Assembly: GCA_002389285.1 (NCBI GenBank) | Contig: DGOF01000029.1 | Location: 1 to 63,426, forward strand | Direction of reading: 5' to 3' | DNA: 63,426 nt | Origin: Patescibacteria group bacterium UBA4473 | Lineage (GTDB): Bacteria; Patescibacteriota; Gracilibacteria; UBA4473 | Shown here: positions 25,657 to 33,899 of the stretch, in pieces | Position numbering within the stretch: the stretch's first letter is position 1 | Layout of the letters: the number at the start of each line of letters is the position of its first letter | Translations under genes and position numbers: made by a program | The notes under the pieces: model-generated | Database searches by the model: none | What the model saw: the letters and a program-made list of their open reading frames with translations, nothing else | Told to the model about the DNA's origin: nothing

Positions 25657-27012
25657 ATGAACATAAAAAATAAAGGTCTTTGGTTGTTTTTCTTGAGCTG
25701 TATTTGGGGCGTCCCGGTGCACGCGAGTTTGGGAGATGATATTAATGCGTTGATTGATACGTTTTTTGGTGATGACAAAAGGGATGAACCGGCTTTAGAT
25801 AATCCGATGCCACCGGTTATAGTCCCGGTATTAGATCTTCCTAAAGATCCGACGCCGGAAGATTTAGCACAGCTAAAAGCCGACATTGTTCGTCAGGAGG
25901 CGGAACTTTCTACGGTTGAAGATGGGATTCGGTTTTCACAGGGTCGTGCACAGGCATTGGATCGGGATCAACATCAGCTTGAATCGCAGATCATGCTTCT
26001 GGATCAGGAATTAAGCATTACGAACAAAAAGCTTTCGCTTTTATTGGAGCAAGAGACGAATTGGAAGCAAACACTTGAGGCACTGACAAGAGAGAAACAT
26101 GAATTAACGTCTCGACTTCGTGTCGTAAAGCGGGAATGGAATCGTGACATGAACACAAAAATTGTTCGAGCTGAGGTTTTTGGTTTATCGGAAGAAACAG
26201 CCCTTATTCAATGGATTTTTTCGCCTAAAACAGTTTCTCAAATTTTGGAAGAACAGCATTTGTCTCGTCAGCATTTGGCGTCTCAAGAACAGGATATTTA
26301 TCAGTTAGAACTTCTGGAACGATCGTTATCGGGCAAAGAACAAAAGGCGGCTTTTTTATTGGCGCATGTATCGACGCTTCGGCAAAGAATTCGAGAACAA
26401 CATGTGATTTTGAAACGTTTTACCGATCAAAAAGCGCAATTGCTCACCGAGCTTCGAAAGGAGTCGGGGAAAGAAGAAAAATCTTTGATAGCGCATCAGT
26501 ATCAGCAGGAAGAATTGTCACTGTATCTTCGAAGTTTGTATGAGGGCCAACAAAAAATTGAAAACAAAATTTCGTCTTTATTGGTTCCTGATCAGAAGCT
26601 TTTTCAGCCGCCCTTAGCAGGAGATTTATTGGTGACAGCGGGATTTCATGATGCGGCGTATCAGGCGGCAGTGGGGAAGGTTCATGAGGGGATTGATTGG
26701 GAAGTTGTTTCGGGGACGCCCGTGTTGGCGGCATCGAGTGGCACCGTAAAAAAAATATCGCATACGGGACTGGGTTATAGCTATGTGATTCTTGATCACG
26801 GTGAGGGGCTCTATACGATTTATGGACATCTTTCAAAAATCCTGATTCTTGAAGATCAGGCGGTTGAGGTGGGGGATCGGATAGCGCTGACAGGTGGAGA
26901 TCCGGGATCCGAAGGGGCCGGGGCTTTTACGACGGGGCCTCATCTACATTTTGAAGTTTTTCACGGGGGTGAGTATCAAGATCCCGCTTCGTATTTTAAA
27001 AGTGAAAAGTAA
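25657..27012 (+). CDS. M23-family metallopeptidase with an N-terminal coiled coil (EnvC-like murein hydrolase/activator)
   Basis: After the signal peptide (MNIKNKGLWLFFLSCIWGVPVHA) there is ~280 aa of coiled coil, then HEGIDWEV, ILDHGEGLYTIYGHL and GPHLHFEVF. The start is moved from the track's 25552 to ATG 25657. Confidence 0.85.
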   Translation: MNIKNKGLWLFFLSCIWGVPVHASLGDDINALIDTFFGDDKRDEPALDNPMPPVIVPVLDLPKDPTPEDLAQLKADIVRQEAELSTVEDGIRFSQGRAQALDRDQHQLESQIMLLDQELSITNKKLSLLLEQETNWKQTLEALTREKHELTSRLRVVKREWNRDMNTKIVRAEVFGLSEETALIQWIFSPKTVSQILEEQHLSRQHLASQEQDIYQLELLERSLSGKEQKAAFLLAHVSTLRQRIREQHVILKRFTDQKAQLLTELRKESGKEEKSLIAHQYQQEELSLYLRSLYEGQQKIENKISSLLVPDQKLFQPPLAGDLLVTAGFHDAAYQAAVGKVHEGIDWEVVSGTPVLAASSGTVKKISHTGLGYSYVILDHGEGLYTIYGHLSKILILEDQAVEVGDRIALTGGDPGSEGAGAFTTGPHLHFEVFHGGEYQDPASYFKSEK

Positions 27013-27017
27013 AATTG

Positions 27018-27467
27018 TTAGTCGATAGTCGCGATTGCTCTTTTGACCTGGGCTACTATATCCGTCATTGCTGGTGGTTTTTGAATGACGGAAACCCCTC
27101 TTTCTTTGGCATAGCGGATGCCTTCGCCTGGAATTCCGGGATCATCCGCATACTTTGCGGTTATGAGGAGTATTTGTTCGGTGCGAAGCTGCATCGTGTC
27201 GAGGGCGTATCGAATCGCTTTGTGTCCAGATATCTCATCGGTGGGAAACTCTTCATCTCGTTCTGGATATTCGCCATCGGTGGAGAGGAGGACTACGCGT
27301 TGTGTTTCTGGGTCAAAGGCGGTTCCATCGATTAATTTTTCAAGGGTCTCTAAGACGATGACGGTTGAGATACCCGCATGTTCTATGAATATTCTTAGGA
27401 GCGTGGCCACGATAGGGGTATCCTCTAGTACAATGGCGATGTCTTCTCGAGGGGCTTGTTCAGGCAT
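27018..27467 (-). CDS. Stand-alone CheY-like receiver domain protein
   Basis: 149 aa. IAIVLEDTP (acidic pocket), VVLLSTDGEYP (putative phospho-Asp), ILLITAKY (Thr) and VIQKPP (Lys-Pro) occur in the order expected for a receiver fold. Confidence 0.55.
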   Translation of the reverse strand: MPEQAPREDIAIVLEDTPIVATLLRIFIEHAGISTVIVLETLEKLIDGTAFDPETQRVVLLSTDGEYPERDEEFPTDEISGHKAIRYALDTMQLRTEQILLITAKYADDPGIPGEGIRYAKERGVSVIQKPPAMTDIVAQVKRAIATID

Positions 27468-27550
27468 GGAAAAAAGTATAAGTTCGAAATTCTTATAATT
27501 ATTTATTTAAAAATGTCAAAAACATATGTCAATATCGCTCTTCGGCGGGG

Positions 27551-27859
27551 TTAAGATTTCTGAATGTGGATGTTTTTGACTTTGTGGGGGAGGTCGAGGC
27601 TTTCGAGGGCTTCAAGAATTTCATGTGTACGCATAAAGAGTTCTGATGAAGCAGCAGAATTCGCAACTTTAATGGAAAGTTTTCCCGCTTCAAAGTTGTT
27701 GGCGTGCCACTGAGAGGCTTGCGCCTTATATTCTTGAACAATAAAGTTGTTCACGCGGGTGCAGATCAGGGCTGAGTTTGCCTGACGCGTGAGGCGATAT
27801 TTGTTGGTGGCAAGGGAGAGAAGATTTCCGGCAGATTCAAAAGACATAGCACCCATCAA
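27551..27859 (-). CDS. DUF721/DciA-like small protein
   Basis: 102 aa. GKLSIKVANSAASSELFMRTHEILEALE resembles the DUF721 core (tLxVxvxsSxwaxEL...il). Weak call. Confidence 0.4.
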   Translation of the reverse strand: MMGAMSFESAGNLLSLATNKYRLTRQANSALICTRVNNFIVQEYKAQASQWHANNFEAGKLSIKVANSAASSELFMRTHEILEALESLDLPHKVKNIHIQKS

Positions 27860-27900
27860 TATAGTCTTCCGTGGGGAGACTTCAACTTTTGTTTGAGCGT

Positions 27901-29493
27901 CTATGTTTCGATTTCGATTTTTGGAGGGGGCGTCTTGAAAAAGAATTCATGACAAAAATCACGAAGTGCCTCTGGAAAATCAGGATTAGTTACGCCGTTC
28001 ATGCGTTCGAGAAAAAAAGCACTTCCCATTTTTGAAAGACATTCGACCAGGATTGCGTGGTGAAGGATTGTGCCTTCGGTGGGAAATCCATAGGTTTTGG
28101 TAAATTCCTGAATTTTTTTGGCCATGGTTTGAGGTCCGAGTACCGTTTGAATAGATTTAAAACGTTCACGGTCTTTTTGGTAGGCCTGTCTTGCAAAGTG
28201 TTGCATAGCTTTTTCCATGAAAATAGGAAGATATTGATCCCAATGTTTATTGAGTAATGCAATGTCTAGATTCGAGATCGTCGAACCTCTTGATCCCTCC
28301 AAAAATCTTCTAAAACTTGATGTTTGGTGACACTGTTTTCTGTGTCGGTCTTGAAGGTGCATAGCCGTGAGTCGTTGATTTTGAAGGGGCGGAATTTCTT
28401 CGCAGTCCCCCCAAAAAAGAGAGAAAAATTGCTGATAACTGCCGCGAAAAACTTCAGCGATTCTTAGAAGTGTCACTTGGCCTTCTTTTGTGGGGGCAAC
28501 TTTTTTTATGGTATGGGGAAAGGTTTGGACGCCGAGAATGGACTCTAATTCCTGAGCGACTCGTTCAAAATCTGTTTGGGGGGCGTCGTTTGGTTTTATG
28601 TTTTTGGGGATTTTTTTTATTATTGTATGTATCTGAACGCGCATTTCAGTCCGAAATCTTAGGTTTTCATCAGAGAAGCTTCTTTCTTTTTGTCGTGAAA
28701 AAAAATCATGATATTTTCTTGTTGTTGGAATGAGGTGAATTTTATTTTGATCGTAGTAGTATACGCCTCTTTCGTGAAAGAGAATATGTTCGATATGTTC
28801 GGGAAGTTCTTGGTTCAAGAGAATGAGAAGGAGTTCTCGTACATTGATACCTGAGACAGTATTCATGTCTCTGGATTCATAGATTTCATAGAGAGGAGGA
28901 AGAGGCGTGGTGGAGTTTGAAGGGAGTATCTGTTGAAGGGTGTCCCTTTCTTCTCCGATGAAGACGAATTGTTCTTCCCAAAATGTGTTGAGGTCTCTTT
29001 TTCTGTCTCGTGAAAGTCTGCGGACAAATTTATCACTTGATCGTTTCATGCTTCCCTCTGGATTGACCAGTATATGCGCTTCCATTTGATCAATCATTTG
29101 TTGGATCGGCTGGATGTAGGGCGCTGTTTCTCTGGGAAAAGGTCGGGGAGATTTTCGGTGTTCCTTTTTCCATTCTTTCTTTTCGGAGTCACTCATTGGG
29201 AGTCCGAATGTAAGTCCTGCTGGGGAGCATTCTATGTCTAATACGGGATTGGCCGTCGGGGGAATTCTTTTACAAAGGCTTACGAGATAGACTTCGTGAC
29301 TTGTTGAGCGAGCGACTTCTTGGGTTTCATTTTCAAATTCACTGATCTTTTTTCGACCTTCTGTAAAGGAGGCGAGGGATGTACATTGCTTTGTCAGAGC
29401 TTCAAGTTGCTGGACGCCCTCTTGGTGTTCGGCTTCAAAAATCTCTTTGACTTGATCATAGACGTCTCTATTGTTGGGGGTCATATCGATCAA
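27901..29493 (-). CDS. Hypothetical protein (530 aa, soluble, no recognised domain)
   Basis: Long uninterrupted ORF. Its start overlaps the 3' end of the upstream 882-aa ORF by 26 nt. Confidence 0.7.
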   Translation of the reverse strand: MIDMTPNNRDVYDQVKEIFEAEHQEGVQQLEALTKQCTSLASFTEGRKKISEFENETQEVARSTSHEVYLVSLCKRIPPTANPVLDIECSPAGLTFGLPMSDSEKKEWKKEHRKSPRPFPRETAPYIQPIQQMIDQMEAHILVNPEGSMKRSSDKFVRRLSRDRKRDLNTFWEEQFVFIGEERDTLQQILPSNSTTPLPPLYEIYESRDMNTVSGINVRELLLILLNQELPEHIEHILFHERGVYYYDQNKIHLIPTTRKYHDFFSRQKERSFSDENLRFRTEMRVQIHTIIKKIPKNIKPNDAPQTDFERVAQELESILGVQTFPHTIKKVAPTKEGQVTLLRIAEVFRGSYQQFFSLFWGDCEEIPPLQNQRLTAMHLQDRHRKQCHQTSSFRRFLEGSRGSTISNLDIALLNKHWDQYLPIFMEKAMQHFARQAYQKDRERFKSIQTVLGPQTMAKKIQEFTKTYGFPTEGTILHHAILVECLSKMGSAFFLERMNGVTNPDFPEALRDFCHEFFFKTPPPKIEIET

Positions 29494-32116
29494 GGATATG
29501 GAGGATTGCTGGGAAGATATCAGTACAACATTCGTTCTCTGAAATTTCTTGTTCGACTTTTTTGATAAAGGTGCTTCGTTCTTCTGGGGATTGATTCCAG
29601 TATTCCTTCATCCAGTCTTCATTTTTTTTGGGACTTGTTGAAAATAGGACTTGTTCGTCTTCTGGAGACAGTTCTTCAATAACAATAAGGTTCAGGACTT
29701 GGATGGTATTCCAAGCTCTTTTTTCCTGCTCGCTAAACAGTCTGTTCGCCCGCCTTTTATCAAGACAGAGTATCGTATTGATCTCGTGTGTGGCGGCTTG
29801 AATATCCATAGAGGTTGGTATGAATTCACGGGTCATCGCATCCAAAAGATCCATATTCTCAATTTCTGCATTTTCGACTTTCTTAACATACTCGTTTTGA
29901 AACGTATCCAAACGTTGTTTCATGGCCTTCGCCTTCTCTGCTGTGACGGCTCGGGGACGTGAAAGTATAGTGATGTGGTCCGCTCGTATTTCGTGGAATC
30001 GTTCTGAGGCGATCCTTATTTCATTTTGAGTTGTTGTAACGGCTTCGAGGATTATGTTTTGGAGTCCGGCTTGCGTGGTTCTTTCTTCCATCAAATGAGC
30101 ATCGGTAGTGATATTGTTGATCCAAGTTGCCCACTCTTGTAAGAGGGTTTCTTGACGTTCAAACACAGCTTTTGCTTCTGGGATAAGTGTTTCAAGGGTT
30201 CCTTGTGGATATTTTTTGAAAAAAGGATCTTTTTCATCTTCATCATTATCTTCTTCTGGGGGAGTATTTATGACGATCGTAGGTTGATTAGGAAGGAGAA
30301 TGGATTCGTCTTCATGAGGAATATAGGAATCGATTATTTCTAAAAACTCGACGAGAACCGGCGCGTGTTGCGTTGGGAGTCCTTTGTCCCAGAGTGCATT
30401 CTGATGAAAAGCGGATTCTATTTTTGTTTTCAAATCGTTTCTCATGGTAGCGCGTTCTTCCTCAGAGGCTTCGTAATAACGAATCAAGGCTTTAACGCCT
30501 ATTTGTTGATTTATTCCTATAGAACGAGAGCTATTTAGATACTTTGGATTTTCTTCGGCCAAAACTTCAAAGAATGTATTGAGGATAGAGGTTTGGGTGA
30601 TGGTTTTTTGCGCAATTTTTGCGGATCTTTTAGTCGGCGTAACATCATGCATACGAGCCTTGATTTCGTTTAATGCACAAGGGATGTCACCGGGGGTTCT
30701 TTTATATTCTGCTGCCGCGAGTTCAGACAATGTTTCATTTTTTCCGTTGTCACCTTGTCTATTGGAGGTGAGGAGGTTCATATCATCCTTATAGGTATTG
30801 TAGGTCTCTCGAAAGAGTTTCACTTGTGACTCAGTGAGTCGTTGTTGGAGATGGGCCTGCCCGACCATAGAGGCGAGAATGATTTTCTTTTCTTTTTTTC
30901 TTTTGATAGCATTAGTTACCTTTTTGAACTCTTCTGGATCGGCTTGGTCTTCGGGTTTCCCCAGAAGAATTTCAGCCCAGGTTTTGCCGCTGGCGGCTAT
31001 TTTTTGTTGTAATTCAAAATCAAATCGCAGGAGATCTTCACCGATTGGGGCGAGTTCTTCTGCGTTTTGTTCTAGTTGTTGGGGGATCATCTGGGTTTGT
31101 GCTTCGAGTAAAACCTTGAGGTCTAAAAGATTGTAGATAGGTTTATCGAGGGATGTCGGACTAATAACGGAGTATCTCAGGCCCTTCGGGATAAGGGGAA
31201 GATTCCGATTGGTTAGATGAGGGATCGCTTGCAAAAGTCCCTGAACCAGTTGCATAATGCTTGCTTGTGTTGGCGTATAGGATTTTTTGTTTTTATCGGC
31301 TTCGGTAAGAGCGTCCCGAACTCTTCGCAGTCGACTCAGTAATTCGTCATCGAGGTTTTTTCGATAGTGATAGGTCAGAGCTTGATCCAAGAGGGGTTGT
31401 ATATCTTTGATTAACTGTGCGGTTGTTTTATCTGCTTCGGTTTCTGATATTTGAGCGAGTTGGGTAATCTGAGGCATCGTGAGATCCTCAAGAGTGAATT
31501 TTGGATGGAGCTCTTGAATTATTTCTACGGACTCTGTTATTTTCACTGGAATTGCTGCGCCCTGTTCTTTGAGGATATAAAAGGTTTGTTCGTCTTGATC
31601 CGTGCTTGTTTCGGCGGTTGCGAGTGCGGTGGTGCCTGAGGGGGAAGCAAAAAAGGTAGCGCTCTCTGTTTCAACATCGTTGGCTGAGGTTTGGATTGTT
31701 TTTTCTGGTGTCTCATCGGGAGGCGTTTCGTCTGATTTGACATCTTTTTGTCGCTCGTTTAACCAGATGATATTCTTTTGGTGTTGTTTTGCGGCGGCAG
31801 ATATTTGTTTGACAGAGGTGTAATCAGCGGCATCTAAAGCCGCATTTATGTGTTCTGTTTGTGATTCGACGAGGGCACTGGTTTCTCTTACCAACTCAGC
31901 AATAGCTTTATTGCGTAAGGCTTCGCTACTTTCAAGTAATGTTGCATATTGTTCAAGGGCATCAAAATCTTGTTCGTTGGAGGCTTGTCTTGCCAGTTCT
32001 TTTGTTCGTTGTGTGAGTTTTTCTGTTTTTTTGGAAATAGCCGATTCAAGCCCTTCGGGAGACGAAGGATCTGGAAAGTTTTCTTCAAGAGGTTCAATAG
32101 TAGGAGTTGTTGCCAT
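29468..32116 (-). CDS. Hypothetical protein (882 aa, helical/acidic, no recognised domain)
   Basis: Long uninterrupted ORF that appears co-transcribed with 27901-29493. Confidence 0.7.
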   Translation of the reverse strand: MATTPTIEPLEENFPDPSSPEGLESAISKKTEKLTQRTKELARQASNEQDFDALEQYATLLESSEALRNKAIAELVRETSALVESQTEHINAALDAADYTSVKQISAAAKQHQKNIIWLNERQKDVKSDETPPDETPEKTIQTSANDVETESATFFASPSGTTALATAETSTDQDEQTFYILKEQGAAIPVKITESVEIIQELHPKFTLEDLTMPQITQLAQISETEADKTTAQLIKDIQPLLDQALTYHYRKNLDDELLSRLRRVRDALTEADKNKKSYTPTQASIMQLVQGLLQAIPHLTNRNLPLIPKGLRYSVISPTSLDKPIYNLLDLKVLLEAQTQMIPQQLEQNAEELAPIGEDLLRFDFELQQKIAASGKTWAEILLGKPEDQADPEEFKKVTNAIKRKKEKKIILASMVGQAHLQQRLTESQVKLFRETYNTYKDDMNLLTSNRQGDNGKNETLSELAAAEYKRTPGDIPCALNEIKARMHDVTPTKRSAKIAQKTITQTSILNTFFEVLAEENPKYLNSSRSIGINQQIGVKALIRYYEASEEERATMRNDLKTKIESAFHQNALWDKGLPTQHAPVLVEFLEIIDSYIPHEDESILLPNQPTIVINTPPEEDNDEDEKDPFFKKYPQGTLETLIPEAKAVFERQETLLQEWATWINNITTDAHLMEERTTQAGLQNIILEAVTTTQNEIRIASERFHEIRADHITILSRPRAVTAEKAKAMKQRLDTFQNEYVKKVENAEIENMDLLDAMTREFIPTSMDIQAATHEINTILCLDKRRANRLFSEQEKRAWNTIQVLNLIVIEELSPEDEQVLFSTSPKKNEDWMKEYWNQSPEERSTFIKKVEQEISENECCTDIFPAILHILDRYDPQQ

Positions 32117-32210
32117 GGTGTGTGGAAAAATAAAGAAAGAGAAAAGCGAGAAGAATATTAATCACAGTCCTTCTACTTACTTTACCACAAAAGTCAACCC
32201 CTTGTCAATC

Positions 32211-32822
32211 TTATTCGCTTTTTATCATGGAAAAGGGGGATTTTCTAGTGATTTCTCTCATCATGTTTCCCATCTTCATAACCGGAATGCCGATAATATT
32301 CTGAAAATCGCCCTGTATATTTTCAAGAAAAAAAATACCGGTCCCTAAAATAGAGTAGGCGCCGCACTTGCCGGCCCAGTCGCCAAATTCGAGATATTTT
32401 TTGATTTGGCAGTTGCTTATGTCATTGCGAAATTTTACAGAAGAAGATTCGAAATCTACTTTTTCGAAATATTGACCTTTGTGGTTTCCTATCAAGGCGA
32501 GTCCGGTCGTAACTTTTTGGGGTTTGCCCACAAAGCTTTGAATCATTTCAAAAGCTGCTTTTTTAGTTTTAGCTTTGCCGATACTGCCCCCTTCAAAATC
32601 AATCATTGAATCAAAGCCAAGAATCAAGACGTCTGATTCTTGTTTGTATTTTTCATAGACCGATTTTGCTTTTCCTAGCGCAAATTCTTGAACTTGTTCG
32701 GTGGGTGATTGATCGGGGATGATGACTTCTTCGTAGTCGGGCGGGGTGACTTCAAATGATATTCCCATACGAGTGAGGAGTTCCGCGCGATTGGGAGAGC
32801 TGGAAGCGAGAATGAGGCGCAT
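32211..32822 (-). CDS. maf: Maf-like nucleoside triphosphate pyrophosphatase
   Basis: MRLILASSSPNRAELL..., ILGFDSMIDFEGGSIGKA, KCGAYSILGTG and GDFQNIIGIP. The start is set at ATG 32822, since the track's extension to 33008 overlaps uppP. Confidence 0.85.
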   Translation of the reverse strand: MRLILASSSPNRAELLTRMGISFEVTPPDYEEVIIPDQSPTEQVQEFALGKAKSVYEKYKQESDVLILGFDSMIDFEGGSIGKAKTKKAAFEMIQSFVGKPQKVTTGLALIGNHKGQYFEKVDFESSSVKFRNDISNCQIKKYLEFGDWAGKCGAYSILGTGIFFLENIQGDFQNIIGIPVMKMGNMMREITRKSPFSMIKSE

Positions 32823-32827
32823 AGGGA

Positions 32828-33607
32828 TCAGTGAACAGCGATCAGTACTATCAGGCCGAGGATAAAACAATAAGGGGCAAAGTAAATCCATTTTTTCTCG
32901 ACGAGTTTGACCATCCAGGTCATGGCTACGATGGCAGCGAGGAATGACATCACACACGCAAGAAGGACTTGAGGTGTTATGAGGAGCATTTCGCCTTGTT
33001 GTATCCAAGAATAGATAAGGGCGGCAAGGATCGTTGGAATGGCGAGAAGAAATGATATCTCTGCGGCATGTCGACGCTTGAGTCCTGAAAAGATCAAAAA
33101 GGCAATCGTAATACCCGATCGAGATATACCGGGGATAGGGGCGAATCCTTGGACTAATCCGAGGAAAATCGCCATACGCCAGGAAAATCCGCGTTCGGTT
33201 TTGGGGCGGTATTGTTCGGCTATGAGAATAAATACGCCGGTGATAATAAGCGTCTTGGCAACAAGGTCGGGCGTGAGGAGTTGATCAAAATAGATTTGAA
33301 TAACATAGGCAAGAGGAAAGGTCATGAAGGTCGCGGCCAGGAGCTTGAGGCCGAGTATTCCGTAACTTCGCGAGCCTTGTGAGCTTCCTAATAAATGCAT
33401 CCAACCTTTGAGGATGAGGTGTATTTTTTTTTGAAAGAGAAGGATTACGGCCAGCAGGCTCGCACCATGAAGAAGAATTTCAAAATGAAGATTGGGCATG
33501 ATATTCCAAAAATGTTCGACCAAAAAAAGATGTCCACTCGAAGAGATGGGAAGAAATTCGGTAAATCCTTGGATCGTTCCGAGTGTGAGCGCCTGAAAAT
33601 AGTCCAT
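32828..33607 (-). CDS. uppP: Undecaprenyl-diphosphate phosphatase
   Basis: 259 aa with ALTLGTIQGFTEFLPISSSGHL and IPGISRSGITIA, the BacA/UppP signature motifs. Confidence 0.9.
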   Translation of the reverse strand: MDYFQALTLGTIQGFTEFLPISSSGHLFLVEHFWNIMPNLHFEILLHGASLLAVILLFQKKIHLILKGWMHLLGSSQGSRSYGILGLKLLAATFMTFPLAYVIQIYFDQLLTPDLVAKTLIITGVFILIAEQYRPKTERGFSWRMAIFLGLVQGFAPIPGISRSGITIAFLIFSGLKRRHAAEISFLLAIPTILAALIYSWIQQGEMLLITPQVLLACVMSFLAAIVAMTWMVKLVEKKWIYFAPYCFILGLIVLIAVH

Positions 33608-33762
33608 ACGGAAAATATTATAGGGGTTTTCCTGGTGCGTGACCAGGGTCTTGTTTGCGGATGTTTTTCATAAGGCAAGTGTTAAAATAAGGCCTTAATA
33701 AGCTACAAAAAGAGGAAATGATTATTGAATAATGAGTTGTTTATTGGAGCAAGGGGAAAGCT

Positions 33763-33791
33763 TTGACAGCACAATATATAGTGCTTATGAT
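33763..33791 (+). promoter_or_regulatory. Sigma70-type promoter of nrdAB
   Basis: TTGACA at 33763-33768, a 17-nt spacer, and TATGAT at 33786-33791, about 110 nt upstream of the nrdA ATG. Confidence 0.6.
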
Positions 33792-33817
33792 TGAGTTCGC
33801 ACACAATATGTTGTGTC
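33768..33817. promoter_or_regulatory. Two tandem NrdR boxes
   Basis: Near-palindromes agCACAATATATAGTGct (33768-33785) and ACACAATATGTTGTGT (33801-33816). Their centres are ~32 bp apart and box 1 overlaps the promoter spacer. This is the arrangement known for NrdR operators. Confidence 0.7.
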
Positions 33818-33899
33818 ATCGAGTCTTGCCATTCCCTTGGGGAAAGGCTTTAAGGGCTCGTTATACTCGCCCCCTTTTTTTCACCCCTATATTTTTATT

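Noticed and set aside
24985-25722. N-terminal extensions given by the ORF track for nth, the M23 peptidase, maf, nrdA, rpsU, the ankyrin protein, the ferredoxin and the AI-2E transporter
   Set aside because: The extensions overlap neighbouring genes, a tRNA or the NrdR operator, and they lack family similarity. Internal ATG starts restore normal protein lengths. The exact starts remain uncertain; for example, only 30 nt then separate divergent nth and the M23 gene.
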